This document shows, in pieces, positions 31,090 to 32,000 of a DNA stretch of 32,000 bases; the stretch's first letter is position 1, and each line of letters begins with the position of its first letter. A model generated the notes under the pieces. The model made no database searches. It saw only the letters and a list, made by a program, of their open reading frames with translations, and was not told where the DNA came from. This stretch comes from Candidatus Saccharimonadota bacterium (lineage in GTDB: Archaea; Nanobdellota; Nanobdellia; Pacearchaeales; GW2011-AR1). The stretch is taken from positions 90,001 to 122,000 of the forward strand of contig JBAZYG010000001.1 in assembly GCA_041659445.1 (NCBI GenBank), written 5' to 3'. Made by a program: the position numbers and the translations under genes.

Positions 31090-32000
31090 ATGAATAAAAG
31101 AATAAAAAATTTAGGACTTTTTGTTTTAGGAATATCCTTGTTTCTTTTAATTTTACCTATAATCGTTTCTGAAGGTCCTTTGAATGTAATAATTAATTCT
31201 CCTAGCGAAGGTGCTGTTTATCAGCTTTCAGATGATATTTTGCTTAGTGCTTCTATTATAGCTATTACTAATATTGGAGAAGTTCATGCTTGGGTAATTA
31301 TGGAAATGCCTGACGGTTCTTTTGAAAATATTACTTTATGGAGTTCTTTGAATAGTGATACTTTTCAAGCAAATTTTCATCCTAGTATGACTGGAGTTCA
31401 TAAAGCAACTTTTTATGCTGAAGATAATTTAGGAAATACAGATTCAGAAATGGTTTCATTTATAGTTGAAGGAATAAGTCCTTCAGGTGAATTAGACTTG
31501 GTTGTTATCTCTCCTATTAATGGAAGTGAATTTGACTTGAATGATGAAGTTGAACTTAAAGCAAGTGTTTCTTCTACATCTACTATTGATGTTCAAAAAT
31601 ATGTAAAAGTTGAAATAATTTTTCCTGATGGAAGTGTTGAATCAATTGTCTTAACAACCCTTGATGAAACTGTTTATGTTGGTACTTTTTCAAATACTCA
31701 TTTAGAAGGAATATACAAAGCAACTTTTTATGCTGAAGATAATTTAGGAAATATAGACACTGAATTGGTTTATTTTGAGATTATAAAAGAAGAAATCTCA
31801 GGAGGTAATAGTGGAGGTAATGGTGGGAGTTCTGGTGGTGTTTCTACAAAATATTATGTCTGCGTTCTTTGGTCTGATTGGTCTGAATGTTTAAATGGAT
31901 TTCAAGAAAGATTTTGTTTGAAAGAAGATGTTTTTAATTATTTTAAGGAAAATTCAACTAAATATTCTCAATTAGGAGATTCTGAAAAAAGACTTTGTCA
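31090..32000 (+). CDS. Partial (3' end cut by window edge) secreted or membrane-anchored surface protein with two beta-sandwich repeats, a Gly/Ser linker and a Cys-containing WSxWSxC module
   Basis: Absent from the ORF track (no stop in the window). Hand translation from ATG 31090 has no stop: MNKRIKNLGLFVLGISLFLLILPIIVSEGPLNVIINSPSEG...KATFYAEDNLGNTDSEMVSF...LDLVVISPINGSE...KATFYAEDNLGNIDTELVYF...SGGNSGGNGGSSGGVSTKYYVCVLWSDWSECLNGFQERFC... Confidence 0.6.
   Translation, partial: MNKRIKNLGLFVLGISLFLLILPIIVSEGPLNVIINSPSEGAVYQLSDDILLSASIIAITNIGEVHAWVIMEMPDGSFENITLWSSLNSDTFQANFHPSMTGVHKATFYAEDNLGNTDSEMVSFIVEGISPSGELDLVVISPINGSEFDLNDEVELKASVSSTSTIDVQKYVKVEIIFPDGSVESIVLTTLDETVYVGTFSNTHLEGIYKATFYAEDNLGNIDTELVYFEIIKEEISGGNSGGNGGSSGGVSTKYYVCVLWSDWSECLNGFQERFCLKEDVFNYFKENSTKYSQLGDSEKRLC
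31180..31779 (+). repeat. Two tandem ~105-codon intragenic repeats (Ig-like/beta-sandwich units)
   Basis: An identical 37-nt string AAAGCAACTTTTTATGCTGAAGATAATTTAGGAAATA occurs at 31402-31438 and 31717-31753 (period 315 nt). The protein blocks (I/V)(I/V)xSPxxG(A/S) and KATFYAEDNLGN recur at matching positions. Confidence 0.75.

Overview
AT-rich (by eye well under one-third G+C), very gene-dense archaeal chromosome segment. About 45 protein genes and one tRNA. I see no rRNA, CRISPR array, transposase or integrase. The archaeal assignment rests on recognisable informational genes: family-B DNA polymerase, Cdc48/VCP double AAA ATPase, transcription factor S, RNA polymerase subunit L (Rpo11), RadB, an NreA-like protein, an aMBF1-like protein, type-2 methionine aminopeptidase, Sec11-type signal peptidase and a type IA topoisomerase. 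Compactness (convergent genes sharing stop codons, 1-4 nt gaps), many orphan ORFs and surface or adhesin-like proteins at both window edges suggest a reduced-genome, possibly DPANN-like archaeon; this is inference only. Most genes carry a (C)TTTAWAWA TATA box centred about 24-27 nt upstream of the ATG, which implies leaderless mRNAs. Two small membrane-protein genes instead carry a GGAGGTG Shine-Dalgarno. The main unexplained signals are as follows. (1) tRNA-Lys(CUU) is preceded by two extra copies of its own 5' end, set in a GC-rich, hairpin-dense leader of about 190 nt. (2) Two loci pair a winged-helix regulator with a small two-TM protein and a CG[ST]CxxKKxKxK cysteine/lysine motif, fused to the membrane protein in one locus and present as a separate 20-22 codon micro-ORF in the other. 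(3) Two C-rich tracts (G-quadruplex-type on the minus strand) sit in intergenic DNA of an otherwise AT-rich genome. (4) An RsmF/NSUN-type m5C methyltransferase is separated from its PUA-like C-terminal module by two unrelated genes within one tight operon. (5) A partial surface protein has tandem beta-sandwich repeats and a WSxWSxC (thrombospondin-type-1-like) motif. All functional calls come from motif recognition by eye; no database search was run.
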